From the IMG/VR virus record IMGVR_UViG_3300045988_095676, positions 26,969 through 90,968 of that record: a DNA stretch of 64,000 nt; one strand, given 5' to 3'. This DNA comes from a virus. Shown here in pieces: positions 52,844-62,643 of the stretch. Positions within the stretch are counted from its first letter, which is position 1; each line of letters begins with the position of its first letter. A program made the position numbers and the translations under genes. The notes under the pieces are model-generated. The model saw nothing but the letters and a program-made list of their open reading frames with translations, was not told the DNA's origin and did no database searches.

Positions 52844-53549
52844 TTACGCGGCAAAAGCCAGAAAAGCTTATTTGATAAACAATTTCGATAAGATTCTTAA
52901 CAGTCTTAACACGCTTCATTCAACGGTTGAGACCATGACGTTGTTCGTAAACGACCAGGCTTATAATTACATTCTTAAGCTAAAGGAAGTAATTAAAACC
53001 AGTCCTATGTATAAGCACAATATCAAGCGTCTTTTAAATGACATGGACAAAGAGATAAAGAGGTACAATGCTTCTATCTACTACATAAATAAAGAGCGTA
53101 GTGAGGTTATAGCTGATATAACACAAGCGATGGAGGATTGCCTCATGCCATACATAGACGACCTGGCCGGCGCTATAAGGGCAGCCGTGTGGTCGAGGGG
53201 TGTGTCCGAGGAGCGGACGGAAGCGGCGGTACTGTCCCTAATCGTATCCTCCTTGGCCACGACATCAGGCAGACTTATCTCAGGTGGATATCAGATCATG
53301 AAAGAAATGGGTGGTGGCTGGGGTGGTAATCCATTTACGTTTATGAGCATTGATAAGATAAGACACTTATCTACATCATTATCTGATGCTATTACCGGTG
53401 GGGAAATAGCTCTTGAAGAAAAAGAAGCCAATGATATAACTAAGGCAATGGATGTTTTTATTGAGAAAATGTCTGATTCGGATATTGTCGATAAGGTAAT
53501 TAGCATACTCGAAGAGGCAGAATCTAAAAATAAGGAGGAACGATCATGA
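52827..53549 (+). CDS. hypothetical protein
   Basis: ORF track. Confidence 0.65.
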   Translation: MNAMINYAAKARKAYLINNFDKILNSLNTLHSTVETMTLFVNDQAYNYILKLKEVIKTSPMYKHNIKRLLNDMDKEIKRYNASIYYINKERSEVIADITQAMEDCLMPYIDDLAGAIRAAVWSRGVSEERTEAAVLSLIVSSLATTSGRLISGGYQIMKEMGGGWGGNPFTFMSIDKIRHLSTSLSDAITGGEIALEEKEANDITKAMDVFIEKMSDSDIVDKVISILEEAESKNKEERS

Positions 53550-53737
53550 ATTACTTAGATGGGTACGTAGAAGAGGTTCTTTCCGAGCCGTACTATGATG
53601 ATTACGGTTCTGGTATTTTTAGGTGGTGGGTGAAAGTGTCTTACATTTGCGAAGGCATAGGAGCTGTCACTACCTTAATGTTTGATACGAGAGAAGAAGC
53701 AGAGGCAGTAAAACCAGGTTACAAATTTTTATGTTGA
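53546..53737 (+). CDS. hypothetical protein
   Basis: ORF track, ATGA overlap. Confidence 0.55.
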   Translation: MNYLDGYVEEVLSEPYYDDYGSGIFRWWVKVSYICEGIGAVTTLMFDTREEAEAVKPGYKFLC

Positions 53738-53744
53738 AAATAAT

Positions 53745-53978
53745 ATGAAGTATTTTATTTTATTGATGACATTAGTATTATCATCATGTTCAAATAATCA
53801 TCAGGTTAATGACGGATGGGTTATATATGATCTACGTCCTTTACAGGGTGGACGTGTGATGTATTATGCTGAAGACGAAAGAATTTCAATATTTAAACAT
53901 AATAGAATCATAAAATTCGTTGGATACCAAGGAGAATACAATATCGGAGATTCTATTAAGATCGTAAAAGTTAAATAA
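53745..53978 (+). CDS. small lipoprotein
   Basis: Signal peptide plus lipobox MKYFILLMTLVLSSC. Confidence 0.55.
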   Translation: MKYFILLMTLVLSSCSNNHQVNDGWVIYDLRPLQGGRVMYYAEDERISIFKHNRIIKFVGYQGEYNIGDSIKIVKVK

Positions 53979-53979
53979 T

Positions 53980-54468
53980 ATGGAAAAGAATTTAAAACTC
54001 ATATGTCCAAAATGTGGCACCCCTCACCAGCCTCATTCTCCGCACACGATGGATGCAGATGGATTTGAAAGGAGTGAGATAAGAACTGTCATGGAAGACA
54101 GGGGATGGTGCTACGAATGCTCTTTTTGGCAAAACTTGTACGACAAGCACAAAGACGATCCTGGATGGGTTAGGATAGACGGTGTAAGCTGGGTGCTTAA
54201 GCCTATGGTGGAAAACGTACCGAGCGGATGGAACAGCCTTGGATGTGGTGGAAGAAAAATGTATATCAATATCGAAGGGAAAGGCATTGTTACATCAAAT
54301 AACTGCTGGTGTCAAGGTGATGTTTCGGGCGCATTCAAGGATCTTATGCCTGATAATGCTACTTGGGCTACGAAGGAGGAATTTGACAAAGCTCCTGTAG
54401 TAGGACATATCATAGAAGGTATTGGTTTAGTTTTCACAGATAGGGGAGGTCATGAAGTTAATGCTTAG
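53980..54468 (+). CDS. zinc-ribbon hypothetical protein
   Basis: ORF track, CPKCG...CYEC. Confidence 0.65.
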   Translation: MEKNLKLICPKCGTPHQPHSPHTMDADGFERSEIRTVMEDRGWCYECSFWQNLYDKHKDDPGWVRIDGVSWVLKPMVENVPSGWNSLGCGGRKMYINIEGKGIVTSNNCWCQGDVSGAFKDLMPDNATWATKEEFDKAPVVGHIIEGIGLVFTDRGGHEVNA

Positions 54469-54511
54469 AAACTTATTTCATGTTCTGCTTATACAAGAAA
54501 AGATGGTAACT

Positions 54512-54558
54512 ACAACAATCCCCAACCATACAATAGGCGTACGGTTGGGGATTGTTGT
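54512..54558. terminator. bidirectional terminator at the convergence of + and - strand blocks
   Basis: Perfect 16-bp stem acaacaatccccaacc/ggttggggattgttgt with a 15-nt loop. Confidence 0.75.
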
Positions 54559-55293
54559 CATATCGTAAAATTAAGTGTTTTTTCTAATATCAGATATTCA
54601 GTATGAACTTTACTTCCGCCATCATTTATCAAGTCCAAATTAATATAAGCTGTATATGATACATGATGATCACCAGGAGCAAGACGTTTCATATCTGATA
54701 AGAACATAGAATTTAAACCTTGGCCAGACCATGATTCTGGATATGGCAAAGGTTTAAAGTCGGCGTCTGTACATCTTACAACCCAAGTAAGATTAGGATC
54801 TGCCCTAACTATTCTATCATGAGGTCCATCAATTACAAGATCTGGCATCTCATATTGGTAACTATCATAATTAAGGACAATAGGATCACCAAAGTTTACA
54901 CCGTATATAGCAGCAGGTGGAGTAAAGCTTGTTATTAAAAAGGTTCTATTAATCCTATTGGTTGTTCTTAGCGTAAACTCATCAGGTGCTATCACACTTA
55001 CTCTAAATCCATAATAAGGAGAGGTTGTTAAAGCAATAGCAAGAACCACCGAATCCTGTTCAAGCAATTCCTCTGTCGTATCAACCTGACTATCGATCTC
55101 TTGCCTATCTTCCATTGGAACACCGCCTTGGACACTTATGGAATCCAGCCGTTCTTTTTTAGACAGAAAGATAAATTGCCCGCCCTGTGGAATGGTGCCT
55201 ACTTTCTTTCCTTCTACGATTACCCCCCCCTATACAATCGCTAACTATCTTATACTCATATAGTTTAGCATTATTTTCAAATCTTCTTCTCAT
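54558..55293 (-). CDS. MRRRF-family fibre-like protein interrupted at a G8 run (needs +1 shift)
   Basis: ATG at 55293 encodes MRRRFENNAKLYEYKIVSDCIGGG. The coding-strand G8 is plus-strand C8 at 55223-55230. The frame of ORF 54558..55115 is open up to 55229. Confidence 0.5.
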
Positions 55294-55297
55294 AATT

Positions 55298-55916
55298 TCA
55301 TAAAATTAATTCGGTAAAGGGGCGGACATAACGTGGATTACTCCTTGTACTTGTATCCAAATGATCTCCTTGGATGTTTATATCATAATACCACGAATAG
55401 GTAAATTGTGTAGATTGAGTGGATGTCCACATTTTATTACTCATTATCGTACCTCCTACCATTAAAAGGCATTCGTTTATTTCATTCGCATACAATGATA
55501 TCAAAAAAAAACTCTCCGGCGCCACCTACATATCCATTTTGACCATTTTTAAATAAATAGCTATTAGCTTTATTAAAAGCGTAATTTTCATTACTGGTAT
55601 CATATTCAAGATACGCATTCTGATTTTCACGCCCCCAATAATCCTTTTTAACGGTCTTCATATAAGAACTATTTTGTGCAAATACATTGTCTACTCTTCC
55701 ATCCTTACCCCAACTAAATGTGCCAATATATTCGGTGGCTATAACAAAACACACTTTATCTACAAGAGCTATTCCATTGCATAGATCATTGGAATATCCT
55801 TTATTAGACCAATTTTCTTTTGTATATAATCCTCCATCTACATGTTGGATGTATATGCCTTTATTGATTATAAGCGAGGGATTTACCCCCATCCCTATTT
55901 GAAATCTTCGTCTCAT
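55298..55916 (-). CDS. MRRRF-family fibre-like protein with C-terminal DUF1566 domain, interrupted at a T9 run (needs +1 shift)
   Basis: ATG at 55916 encodes MRRRFQIGMGV. ORFs 55482..56003 and 55298..55525 join across plus-strand A9 at 55503-55511 to give ...GAGEFFLISLYANEINECL...MWTSTQSTQ...YVRPF, a contiguous DUF1566 pattern. Confidence 0.5.
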
Positions 55917-56130
55917 GATTTTTGTTTGCAAGATAGCAATAATTGACAACATAAAAGAAACCGGTTCTCTATCATCTCTGACTGAGAACCGGTAAGAAAA
56001 CAATTTCAGAAAAAATTAAACCTACATAATCTTTCAAGTAAGAACAAAAAAACGTACAATCTACTCTTTGACGATGCTAATATAACATATTGGAATCATA
56101 CAAAAACAATGCAAGTCCGATATTCTTCGT

Positions 56131-59100
56131 CTATTTGTAACTAACGTCATCGTCTCCTTCCGAATCAGGAGTAGCGCCGATGAAGAACATCATTGACTTG
56201 TTGTTCGTCTGCTGCCACCAATTATAGGCGCGCGCTACGTCTTCCGGCGTCTTGATATTATACCATTGTTTGATAAACGTCTGTTTGGCGAGTTGCCTAA
56301 ATAACTTAGACTCTCCCTTGTATGTACCGGATGTTACTTTATCAAGTGAATAATTCCTAAGATCGGTAAGATCCTTCAGTTTTCGCCCCATAACAAACGG
56401 ATCGTTAATGATATCTACCACGTTAAGCTCCATAATAAACGGCATCTGTGAAGCTATTTCGTTTATGGTTCTGAATCCGACATAGGATCCAAATTGAGTA
56501 AGCCAACTTTCTTCGTTTTCATCATCATCACGCCATCCGGCAAGAAGCATAGATACGGCCTGCATGATAAGGAACGTGCCGGCATAGACACTGAGGCGTT
56601 TGAGATTAGTTTTTTCTACCTCATTCATATTGTCTTTATTTTCGTTCCAGGCATCTATGATGTTTTTCATACCAGACTCGGAAGCCAGGCTAAATGTTTT
56701 GGCTATCATATTCTTTAACGTAATTGACAACCCTTCCTCTTCTTGCATTGTCTGGAAATTGAAGCCACGTCTTTTCCACAGACGTTGAGCTGCCAGCACC
56801 AGCCAGCCTCGGTGGGCGGTCATGAACCTGGCTATCCAGTTGCGCGATGCGGCAGTTCGGTTTTCTTCATTCAAAGATCCGTTACATATCTGCGACAAGC
56901 TACGGACTTGATTCCTGGTTATAGCCATCTGGGTTTCAACTTCCTCAACAGTAACACCCGATCCCGGCTTTACAACCACCTTTCCATCCACGACGTCTAC
57001 CATACTCCATAAAGTACGATCTTTTAATGCGTTCCATTCTCTTTTTATGGTACTCTGTTCTTTATTGCGTTCTTTTTCCATCTTGAAATCTTGGAACGTG
57101 TAGAACCGGCCTTTGTAATAACGAACATTGTCCATAGTAGCAATCATAACCTGCGGATCAAGAGGGTAGTTCAGGATTTCCATAAAAGCATACATAGGCG
57201 AACGCATTAAGGTCCTGGCCGCTCTATTGTATCCGGCACCATACATACGATTTCGGATATTGAATATCCCCATTCTCTCACCTATGACATATAATTTGCT
57301 TTTCCTATCTATGTCTCCGGTTTCTGCTATACAAGATGGCGCAAGACGGGAAAACTCAGCCGATGCGTATTTAAGGGAATCTTTGCTTATATACTGTCCT
57401 ACGGCTGATTCCATGATGAGGTTGATATGGCCTGTCAGGGCGCCGGTAGCTGCCACAAACGGAGACAGTGCCAAGTTCATAACCGACATAAATCTTTCAA
57501 CAGCCATCATAATTCTTGTAAGGTCTACCGTATATCCTCCGATGTTCACCGTAAGTTTTTTGGTGTTCATCCTAATGCCATAATAATGATCGTTGAAGAA
57601 GTCCCTGAACATCTGATATGCTTGGGTTGCTTCAGCCTTTTTACCACCTTCAAATTGTTTATTTAGTAACATCTGCTCCAGTCCTTGGGCAAGCTCTATA
57701 GACTTCTGCTTTTCGTTGTATAACGATGATTGCATCATAAGCATCGAATAAGAGTAGCCAAAATCGTGAGATACATCATCTTGGTTCTCCAATTCATATA
57801 TGTAGTATTTAGGTATAGACCTAAGCCTGTCTTCTGGATCATACACTTCTCCTTGCCTGGTCTTACCATATAGAGAATCGTCTACTCTGTCCAGGCACAG
57901 ATCTGATACAAAATTACGAACCGTATTTTTGAAGTTAATACCCAATCCTTCTACACGTTCTATATCTTGTTTGGATATCTGTGGAATAGCATACAGGTTC
58001 GGGCTCTGCTCTTTGTATAGATCAAGGGATTGTCTTTTTATTTCCTTGAGTTTTTGAATCATATTCCACTGCTCTACGTTTTTAGTAGCAACCTCATTAC
58101 CGTCAGCATCATACTTGATACCAAAGTCATTGAAATACGATTCGTCACGATACAGGCTTTTCTTAGGCATTCGATGACCATACCCATGATCTTTTACATA
58201 ATCAGGATTACGACCGCTATTTTCGGCTTCAGATTCAGCCACCCATGCCCTTGCAGGGTCGAAAGACAAGTACGATATGTCCATGCCATAATCTTGGGTG
58301 GATGTACCGTTTTGTACGTCCTTAACCATTTGCGCCACATCTATCTCACCTCGACCGATTTTGTCGATCATAGCTGCATATCCGGTAGGCGCCATGCGTT
58401 TATAGTACGAAAAAACCTGGCTTCTGGCAAATTCATTAACAATAGCATTAGCTTCTTCTACGCCCTCTTCTCTTGTATTATTTAAAAATAAGCTGGCCAT
58501 CTTAGCATTAACAGCATTCCTGAAATCTCTACCGTCTAATTCTTTGCTTATACCAAGCTTTTCTGACAGGTAGTTGGTTTCAGATACGGTAAACAGATAT
58601 CGGTTATCAGCAGCCTTAAACAGCTTATCCCTTAAAGCCTGAATCCTTTTTGCTTTCTTCGCCGTAGTATGACGTTGTACGAACTTCCATTCCACTTCCT
58701 TGGAGTCAGCAAGAGCATTTAAATAAGACTGATTTACTTCGTTTTCAGCCTTACTGCTTTTAGTAAGGTACTTATCAATATCTTCAAGACCCACCATCTT
58801 AGCATAATCTATCAAAATAGCGTAATCGGCTTCAATAGCTTCAGATGCGGCCCTAAAAGCATCTCTTTCGGATGAGGTAAATGTCGCTTCGTTAATTTCT
58901 CCGATATCAGCCACATCGCGATTGTTTCCGATTATTTCCTTGATAATAGCCTTATTTTTTTCTATATCTTTCACAATAGAATCCACGTCAGTCGCATCTC
59001 TATCACTTGTCGTAGAACTAATGATATCATGCGCCATTTTAAGATACGAAGCCTTGTTATTTGATTCGGTACGTGCCGACTGTTCTGATTCTACATCATT

Positions 59101-62100
59101 CCAAAACCGATCGTTGAATGACAGGTGACCTCCCAACATAAGTGTCTTCAGCGCAGCTTCTCCTCCAGACTCGCTCTGAATCGTTCTTAATTTTTGCAAA
59201 AACGATTCTGATACGGCATTAGTGGCATTATTTGATTCCTTTCTCCAAACTTCATTTATAGCTTGTATTTCTTTGGCCATCTTAAGTTGGTCGCCGGTTT
59301 TTTCCACTCTCCTGGTTCCTACATATATGTATTCTGAAGCTGCTTCCTTACGTTGTTTACGAAGCAGTCCTTCTTCTTCGTAATTGCTGCTTTTAAAATA
59401 GGCAACCTCATCAAAATTACCACCGCTATCAATAAAAGGCTGCCTCAATATCCGTTTTTGCCGGGATAGGGCATTAAGATATTCTTTGGTTGTTTGAGAA
59501 ACCGGATACCCTAATTCTTCTTCAGCCTTTTTGTATATGGATTCCATTCTTGTGGCATAACTTTCGCTAAATTCCAATTCCGAATTTTCAGCATCCCACT
59601 TTTCCATCTGCTCTGTATAGATCTTTTCCTGCTCGATGGTAAAAATATCGGTATTAACCCTATCAGACGATGGTTTGAATTTAGCGTTTTCAGTAACCGT
59701 ATTTCCATCCTTGTCAACTACTTCTCTTTTAAATACGTAATTACGGTTATTGTCAACCACATCACCAATTTCTTCTTCTGATATCTCTATGTTCATGGCA
59801 GTCGCAAACGCTCGCATCTGCGCCAGCTTCTTATTACGATCGTATTTAGCCATATCAAGAGCACTACGAAGGTAATTAGAAGTTTTGCCGTCTACTTTCT
59901 GAAGCAGTTTTTCAAATTCAGATTTGTTAAAACCATGCTTTTTCGCATATGCCAGGAAATCGGATATGGCGGGCTGGGCATTCACCATCGCATTGTAATT
60001 GTCTTTGGCAATCATAGCTCCAAGAGCGTTATTGAACGGACTGGAAGAATGCTCTAATATACCGAACCACCTACTTATCCAAGAAACATCGTGTTGAACC
60101 TTGTCGAAAAATTCTTTTACTCTCTTTACCTTATCTGCCGGCACATGAAGTTCGTTCATTAACTTATCAAGCAACGTACTTTCATCAAGGTCTTGTACTG
60201 ATTTAATATCAGACTGAATACCATTGATGTCGGCAATGACGGTATTGATCCTATTTGTATAATCCTGCTTTTCACGTTCATCAAATTCGGTACTTCTGTT
60301 ACGGATATATCCTCGAAGATCGTTCATGATCGGAAGAACCTGATTGTTGATAATATCTACGTTCTTTCGATCATTGGTATTGAAGTGAAGCTTACCGTCT
60401 TTGGTATCACCATGAAGGATGGTGTTCACCACATTGCTTAAGTATCTGACCTGAGCTTCGGCTGTAGAGATCATGCTGTTCATGGCAGCCGCCATCTCAT
60501 TCTTGTCTATTTCGGTCTCTACCTTATTTATCTTATCTTCTATGGTCTTAAGCTGAGCAAGGGTCATAGACGTAGTTACAGCCCTATCAGAGCTTATCTG
60601 ACGTAAGTCTCTTAATGTTTTCCTTAATGCCAGGATCTTAGACTCAAGAAACTTGTTCTTGTTCATAGAAGAAAGGGAGTATAATGTAAAGTCATTATCC
60701 TTTAACAGAGAGGTGTCAAATCCTTTATCTATGTCAGTAATGGCAAGATCACGAATGTTTTTAATAACGTTATTCAAATCTTGTCTTTGGGTTGATAAAG
60801 CTGATTTAAGCCAGCTTACGATTCCAGAGAAAAGCTGCCGGACGCGCCCCAGGAAGGAGGTGGGCTCTACCGGCGCCTGTGCTGTGCCGGTCTGCATCTC
60901 CCTGGCGAGGATCTTTCCAAGAATTTCTCTCCTAACAGCATTATCAAGCTCAGCTCCTTCATATACTTTACCGTATGTATTATAATACTGACCTGCATAT
61001 TGGTTCCACTCTTCCGTACCTTCCACATCTTGCAGAACAGCCTCAACAGCATTCTGATCTCTGTATGCCTCTACAAGGAAGTGGGCTGTTTCTTCTACTA
61101 AATCAGATAAAGTAGCATCTTCACCAACTGCTATTACGTTATTGGCAATATCCGCCAATGCCTTAGCAGAAGGTTCGTGCCCGTATTTGGTTTGGTACTT
61201 CTCTATATAATCGGTCATACCTATGACACTAACGCCAAGAGTTTTCAGTATCTCGACAATAGAATTTCGTTGGTCACGTTCCTGCCTGCTATAATCTGAT
61301 ACGATCTTAGCTTTAGTATCAGCATAAAGATCGTTGTCTTCTAATATGAATGAAACTACAAGCGCATCAAAATGATCGTACTTGGCGTCCAATTCATTGT
61401 ATCTTCCTGACTTGAGATCGTTCTTTATCTGTTCCCTACTAATCCTTTCCGTTCCTCCGGTGGCGAGTCTCATAGTTACCTTACTGTTATCCAACGAGCT
61501 TATGGTTATCATACCTTGGTCGTTCATGGAAACATCGGAACCAAAATGATTACGGAGCTCGGTGTAGGATAAGGCTGAATTGAAAAGTCTAATTTGTCCT
61601 GTATGACCTTCTCCTGTAAGATAATAGCTTCTTGTTTCAGGATCGAATATCTTAGATCCGGACAAAAGACCTTTCTTTATAAGGTAGTTAATTATACCAC
61701 CTTTTGTTGATAAAGAAGTAGAAGCAGAAGCGGTCATGACCGGTATAAAAGATTTGGGATTATTAAGAACATACTTTCCAGCCTTGTAAGTAATGTCTGC
61801 CACGCCATCCACGGCAGATTCTTGAACGGTGCCGGATAAGAATCCTATTCTAATATCATTCCCGCCAGAGCGAAGAGCTTCTCCGTAATCTTCAAATAAT
61901 TGATTACGATCATTCATGAAAAACAAACGAGGCTCTCCGGTCTGATACGTTACACCCACAGGATTAGAATCTGTCTGTGGTAACTCCTCTGGGCTAAATA
62001 TCTTAAGACCGTCTTTTATAACCATATAATTAACACCCTTATCCTGTACCATAGATACGGGAGTAAAGTCCGAAGATATAGCATCTTGTAGATACTGCCC

Positions 62101-62553
62101 GGCGTCTATTCCCGGTCCTTCCGGTACGGAAATACTTGACGGGACCATAGCATCTACCAACATAATATTATCACCCAGATCTTGGCTGTAGAATCCAAAG
62201 CCTGATTCTTGGATTTCATAAGGTGCATCTGATTTTGACACAAGAACAGGGTTACTCATCTTAGAAGCCTTATCCAGCACCCTTTCTCTATAGGCTTCCG
62301 GAATAAGATCGATGTTGGATTTCACCTTATTGTAGGCCGGTTTATTAACAGGTACATTCCTTCTCCAGTCGCCAAAAGCCTTCAAGAACTTATTAGAAAA
62401 TACGGTTTTAAAAACAGTAGTAGCCCGTTCCCTGTTCTCCATAAGAGGAATAGATGCTATCTTATCAAACAACATAGACCTGTCCCCTGATCTGGTAGAG
62501 ACAGAAACAACTTTCTTTTTATTATCTCTTTTAATAATACACGTTGATGTCAT
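56131..62553 (-). CDS. giant (2140 aa) virion-associated protein of unknown function
   Basis: Single uninterrupted ORF. Long coiled-coil-like central part, hydrophobic segments near the C-terminus (ALSPFVAATGALTG, TFLIMQAVSMLLAG). Located in the structural block next to fibre-like genes. Confidence 0.75.
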   Translation of the reverse strand: MTSTCIIKRDNKKKVVSVSTRSGDRSMLFDKIASIPLMENRERATTVFKTVFSNKFLKAFGDWRRNVPVNKPAYNKVKSNIDLIPEAYRERVLDKASKMSNPVLVSKSDAPYEIQESGFGFYSQDLGDNIMLVDAMVPSSISVPEGPGIDAGQYLQDAISSDFTPVSMVQDKGVNYMVIKDGLKIFSPEELPQTDSNPVGVTYQTGEPRLFFMNDRNQLFEDYGEALRSGGNDIRIGFLSGTVQESAVDGVADITYKAGKYVLNNPKSFIPVMTASASTSLSTKGGIINYLIKKGLLSGSKIFDPETRSYYLTGEGHTGQIRLFNSALSYTELRNHFGSDVSMNDQGMITISSLDNSKVTMRLATGGTERISREQIKNDLKSGRYNELDAKYDHFDALVVSFILEDNDLYADTKAKIVSDYSRQERDQRNSIVEILKTLGVSVIGMTDYIEKYQTKYGHEPSAKALADIANNVIAVGEDATLSDLVEETAHFLVEAYRDQNAVEAVLQDVEGTEEWNQYAGQYYNTYGKVYEGAELDNAVRREILGKILAREMQTGTAQAPVEPTSFLGRVRQLFSGIVSWLKSALSTQRQDLNNVIKNIRDLAITDIDKGFDTSLLKDNDFTLYSLSSMNKNKFLESKILALRKTLRDLRQISSDRAVTTSMTLAQLKTIEDKINKVETEIDKNEMAAAMNSMISTAEAQVRYLSNVVNTILHGDTKDGKLHFNTNDRKNVDIINNQVLPIMNDLRGYIRNRSTEFDEREKQDYTNRINTVIADINGIQSDIKSVQDLDESTLLDKLMNELHVPADKVKRVKEFFDKVQHDVSWISRWFGILEHSSSPFNNALGAMIAKDNYNAMVNAQPAISDFLAYAKKHGFNKSEFEKLLQKVDGKTSNYLRSALDMAKYDRNKKLAQMRAFATAMNIEISEEEIGDVVDNNRNYVFKREVVDKDGNTVTENAKFKPSSDRVNTDIFTIEQEKIYTEQMEKWDAENSELEFSESYATRMESIYKKAEEELGYPVSQTTKEYLNALSRQKRILRQPFIDSGGNFDEVAYFKSSNYEEEGLLRKQRKEAASEYIYVGTRRVEKTGDQLKMAKEIQAINEVWRKESNNATNAVSESFLQKLRTIQSESGGEAALKTLMLGGHLSFNDRFWNDVESEQSARTESNNKASYLKMAHDIISSTTSDRDATDVDSIVKDIEKNKAIIKEIIGNNRDVADIGEINEATFTSSERDAFRAASEAIEADYAILIDYAKMVGLEDIDKYLTKSSKAENEVNQSYLNALADSKEVEWKFVQRHTTAKKAKRIQALRDKLFKAADNRYLFTVSETNYLSEKLGISKELDGRDFRNAVNAKMASLFLNNTREEGVEEANAIVNEFARSQVFSYYKRMAPTGYAAMIDKIGRGEIDVAQMVKDVQNGTSTQDYGMDISYLSFDPARAWVAESEAENSGRNPDYVKDHGYGHRMPKKSLYRDESYFNDFGIKYDADGNEVATKNVEQWNMIQKLKEIKRQSLDLYKEQSPNLYAIPQISKQDIERVEGLGINFKNTVRNFVSDLCLDRVDDSLYGKTRQGEVYDPEDRLRSIPKYYIYELENQDDVSHDFGYSYSMLMMQSSLYNEKQKSIELAQGLEQMLLNKQFEGGKKAEATQAYQMFRDFFNDHYYGIRMNTKKLTVNIGGYTVDLTRIMMAVERFMSVMNLALSPFVAATGALTGHINLIMESAVGQYISKDSLKYASAEFSRLAPSCIAETGDIDRKSKLYVIGERMGIFNIRNRMYGAGYNRAARTLMRSPMYAFMEILNYPLDPQVMIATMDNVRYYKGRFYTFQDFKMEKERNKEQSTIKREWNALKDRTLWSMVDVVDGKVVVKPGSGVTVEEVETQMAITRNQVRSLSQICNGSLNEENRTAASRNWIARFMTAHRGWLVLAAQRLWKRRGFNFQTMQEEEGLSITLKNMIAKTFSLASESGMKNIIDAWNENKDNMNEVEKTNLKRLSVYAGTFLIMQAVSMLLAGWRDDDENEESWLTQFGSYVGFRTINEIASQMPFIMELNVVDIINDPFVMGRKLKDLTDLRNYSLDKVTSGTYKGESKLFRQLAKQTFIKQWYNIKTPEDVARAYNWWQQTNNKSMMFFIGATPDSEGDDDVSYK

Positions 62554-62576
62554 AGTAAAACATTTTTGTTATGAGA

Positions 62577-62584
62577 CAAAGGTA
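62577..62584 (-). promoter_or_regulatory. -7 promoter box TACCTTTG upstream of the giant gene
   Basis: The reverse complement of caaaggta matches TAnnTTTG, about 25 nt upstream of the ATG at 62553. Confidence 0.4.
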
Positions 62585-62613
62585 GTTAAAAATCAAGCAT
62601 ATCATAGAAAATA

Positions 62614-62643
62614 AAGCCATCTAACTTCTCAGTCTGATGGCTT
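62614..62643 (-). terminator. intrinsic terminator after the 62696..63019 gene
   Basis: 8-bp stem aagccatc/gatggctt, with a T-rich tract following on the - strand. Confidence 0.55.

Noticed and set aside
56131-62553. Giant protein as the crAss-type virion RNA polymerase.
   Set aside because: Reading the translation, I found DxD pairs (for example YDADGN, DRDATDVD) but no DxDxD metal-binding motif and no recognisable double-psi beta-barrel signatures. The assignment would be a guess.
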